NCBI GenBank assembly: GCA_964636085.1
Contig: CAZWPQ010000020.1
Location: 7,029 to 36,786, forward strand
DNA: 29,758 bases
Source of the DNA: an uncultured Nitrososphaerota archaeon
Lineage (GTDB): Archaea; Asgardarchaeota; Njordarchaeia; Njordarchaeales; Panguiarchaeaceae
Direction: 5' to 3'
Positions 28,295-29,758 of the stretch are shown piece after piece. The position numbers and the translations under genes are program-made. The notes below the pieces were generated by a model. That model was not told the DNA's origin, searched no databases, and saw nothing but the letters and a program-made list of their open reading frames with translations. The first letter of the stretch is position 1. Every line of letters starts with the position of its first letter.

Positions 28295-29758
28295 ATGAAG
28301 CGTGGGGGATATCTGCTGACATTAATTCTTCTACTTGGAGTGTTACTCGTCTTTCTCGATGATAACTCGATCATAATCAATAATGCTTCAAGCCTCAAAG
28401 TAGGCGACATGGCAAATATGGAATACGGAAAGATAAATGCTATACATGGTGCCTATGATAATCACATAAAAATTAAATTGAAAACCACACCAACCCTTGA
28501 GTGGAAATATTCCACCAATGGCGACGTGGATTCTTCTCCCGCTATTGCTGATGTTGATGGTGATGGCGAATTAGAGATCGTCGTAGGTAGCGATGATTAC
28601 TATCTATATTGCCTCAATAGTAGTGGTGGCCTAGAATGGTCATATTATCTTAGTGGCACTGTATATTCCTCCTCTGCTATTGGTGATGTTGATGGTGATG
28701 GCGAATTAGAGATCGTCGTAGGTAGCTACGATAATAACCTATATTGTCTTAGTGGTAGTGGTAGCCTAGAATGGAACTATCCAACAGGAGGCGATATAGC
28801 CTCTTCTCCCGCTATAGCCGATATTGATAATGATGGGGGATTAGAGATAATATTTGCAAGTGATGATTACTTCATATATTGCTTGAATGGGTCTGGTGGC
28901 TTAGAATGGAAATACGAGGCCAGTTATTATTTCTATGATGCATCTCCTGCAATTGGGGATGTGGATTATGACGGCTACCTAGAGGTTCTAATTGCCTCCT
29001 GTGATTGTAGGCTTTATTGTTTAAATCATGATGGTTCACTACAATGGACATTTAGTGCACCTGGCCAACTTGACGAATCTCCTGCTATTGGGGACATTAA
29101 TGGTGATGGATTTGTGGAGATAATCATGCCAGGCGATGCAAATAACGCGATATACTGCTTAAACGGATCAACGGGTACTTTGATTTGGGAGTATACGACC
29201 AACAATGATGTATATTCAACCCCCGCATTGGGGGATGTTGATGGTGATGGAGAATTCGAGATTATTGTAGGATCCTATGATTGTTATCTATATTGCATTG
29301 GATCCGATGGGGAACTAGATTGGAAGTGCTTACTTGGGGGTGAGGTATATTCTTCCCCTGCATTGGGGGATGTTAATGGTGACGGAAAGCTAGAAATCAT
29401 TGTCGGATGTACTGACGGTTACTTATACTGTATAAGAGGCGATGGAAGCATTGAGTGGGAGTACCCTACTGGGGACATGATAGAGTCTTCTCCAGCACTG
29501 GCAGATATTGACGGCGATGAAGAACTTGAAATAATCGTGGGAAGCGAAGATAATTATATTTATTGTCTAAGTGCGACTGGATATCGCATATACTGGCAAG
29601 GATTCTGTGGACACTTTAGCTCAACTGGCTACTTCAGAACAAGAAACATTAAGTTTCTTGACCCAGATGAGGACTTCCTATCATCATACTCAGAAGCCAT
29701 AATTGGTACTGACCCTACTAGTAGTGATACTGATGGTGATGGTTTGCCTGATGGTTGG
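28295..29758 (+). CDS. Partial secreted FG-GAP/PQQ-like 8-bladed beta-propeller protein with thrombospondin-type-3-like Ca-binding repeat(s)
   Basis: Manually translated 488 stop-free codons: signal MKRGGYLLTLILLLGVLLVFL; eight ~45-aa units LEWxY...SSPAIGDVDGDGELEIVVGSxDxYLYCL; ends GTDPTSSDTDGDGLPDGW at the window edge. Absent from the ORF track. Confidence 0.9.
   Translation, partial: MKRGGYLLTLILLLGVLLVFLDDNSIIINNASSLKVGDMANMEYGKINAIHGAYDNHIKIKLKTTPTLEWKYSTNGDVDSSPAIADVDGDGELEIVVGSDDYYLYCLNSSGGLEWSYYLSGTVYSSSAIGDVDGDGELEIVVGSYDNNLYCLSGSGSLEWNYPTGGDIASSPAIADIDNDGGLEIIFASDDYFIYCLNGSGGLEWKYEASYYFYDASPAIGDVDYDGYLEVLIASCDCRLYCLNHDGSLQWTFSAPGQLDESPAIGDINGDGFVEIIMPGDANNAIYCLNGSTGTLIWEYTTNNDVYSTPALGDVDGDGEFEIIVGSYDCYLYCIGSDGELDWKCLLGGEVYSSPALGDVNGDGKLEIIVGCTDGYLYCIRGDGSIEWEYPTGDMIESSPALADIDGDEELEIIVGSEDNYIYCLSATGYRIYWQGFCGHFSSTGYFRTRNIKFLDPDEDFLSSYSEAIIGTDPTSSDTDGDGLPDGW

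Noticed and set aside
27839-28362. ORFs 27839..28180 (+), 27889..28176 (-), 28177..28362 (+)
   Set aside because: They overlap each other and the real flanking genes and show no motifs; the real gene starts at 28295 in another frame.

Overview
Archaeal chromosomal window (TATA-like promoters, GGTGA/GGAGG ribosome-binding sites, short archaeal PurA, N-x-S/T-rich surface proteins); finer taxonomy cannot be read from the sequence. In order: a partial minus-strand membrane/surface protein missed by the ORF track (<1..1342); a DtxR/MntR-family repressor plus a ZnuABC/TroABC-type metal ABC transporter with two palindromic operators; an Ig-like ectodomain fused to an ECF S-component-like domain; purB-purA; a divergent three-gene operon (Zn-ribbon/TM/triple extracellular OB-fold protein, TctA/DUF112 membrane protein, YdjM-type membrane metallohydrolase); a DUF4350/GIFT-like surface glycoprotein; a DUF4910-like M28 peptidase; an AbrB/VapC toxin-antitoxin pair; a large GNAT fusion; a 2.1-kaa adhesin-like protein with 16 Ig-like repeats; and a partial 8-bladed FG-GAP/PQQ-like beta-propeller protein, also missed by the track (28295..>29758). 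The best candidate for an undescribed system is the OB-fold/TctA/YdjM operon, inferred to be an archaeal extracellular nucleic-acid capture and uptake module analogous, but not homologous, to ComEC. No rRNA, tRNA, CRISPR array or transposase was seen. Family calls come from motif recognition by eye, not database searches.
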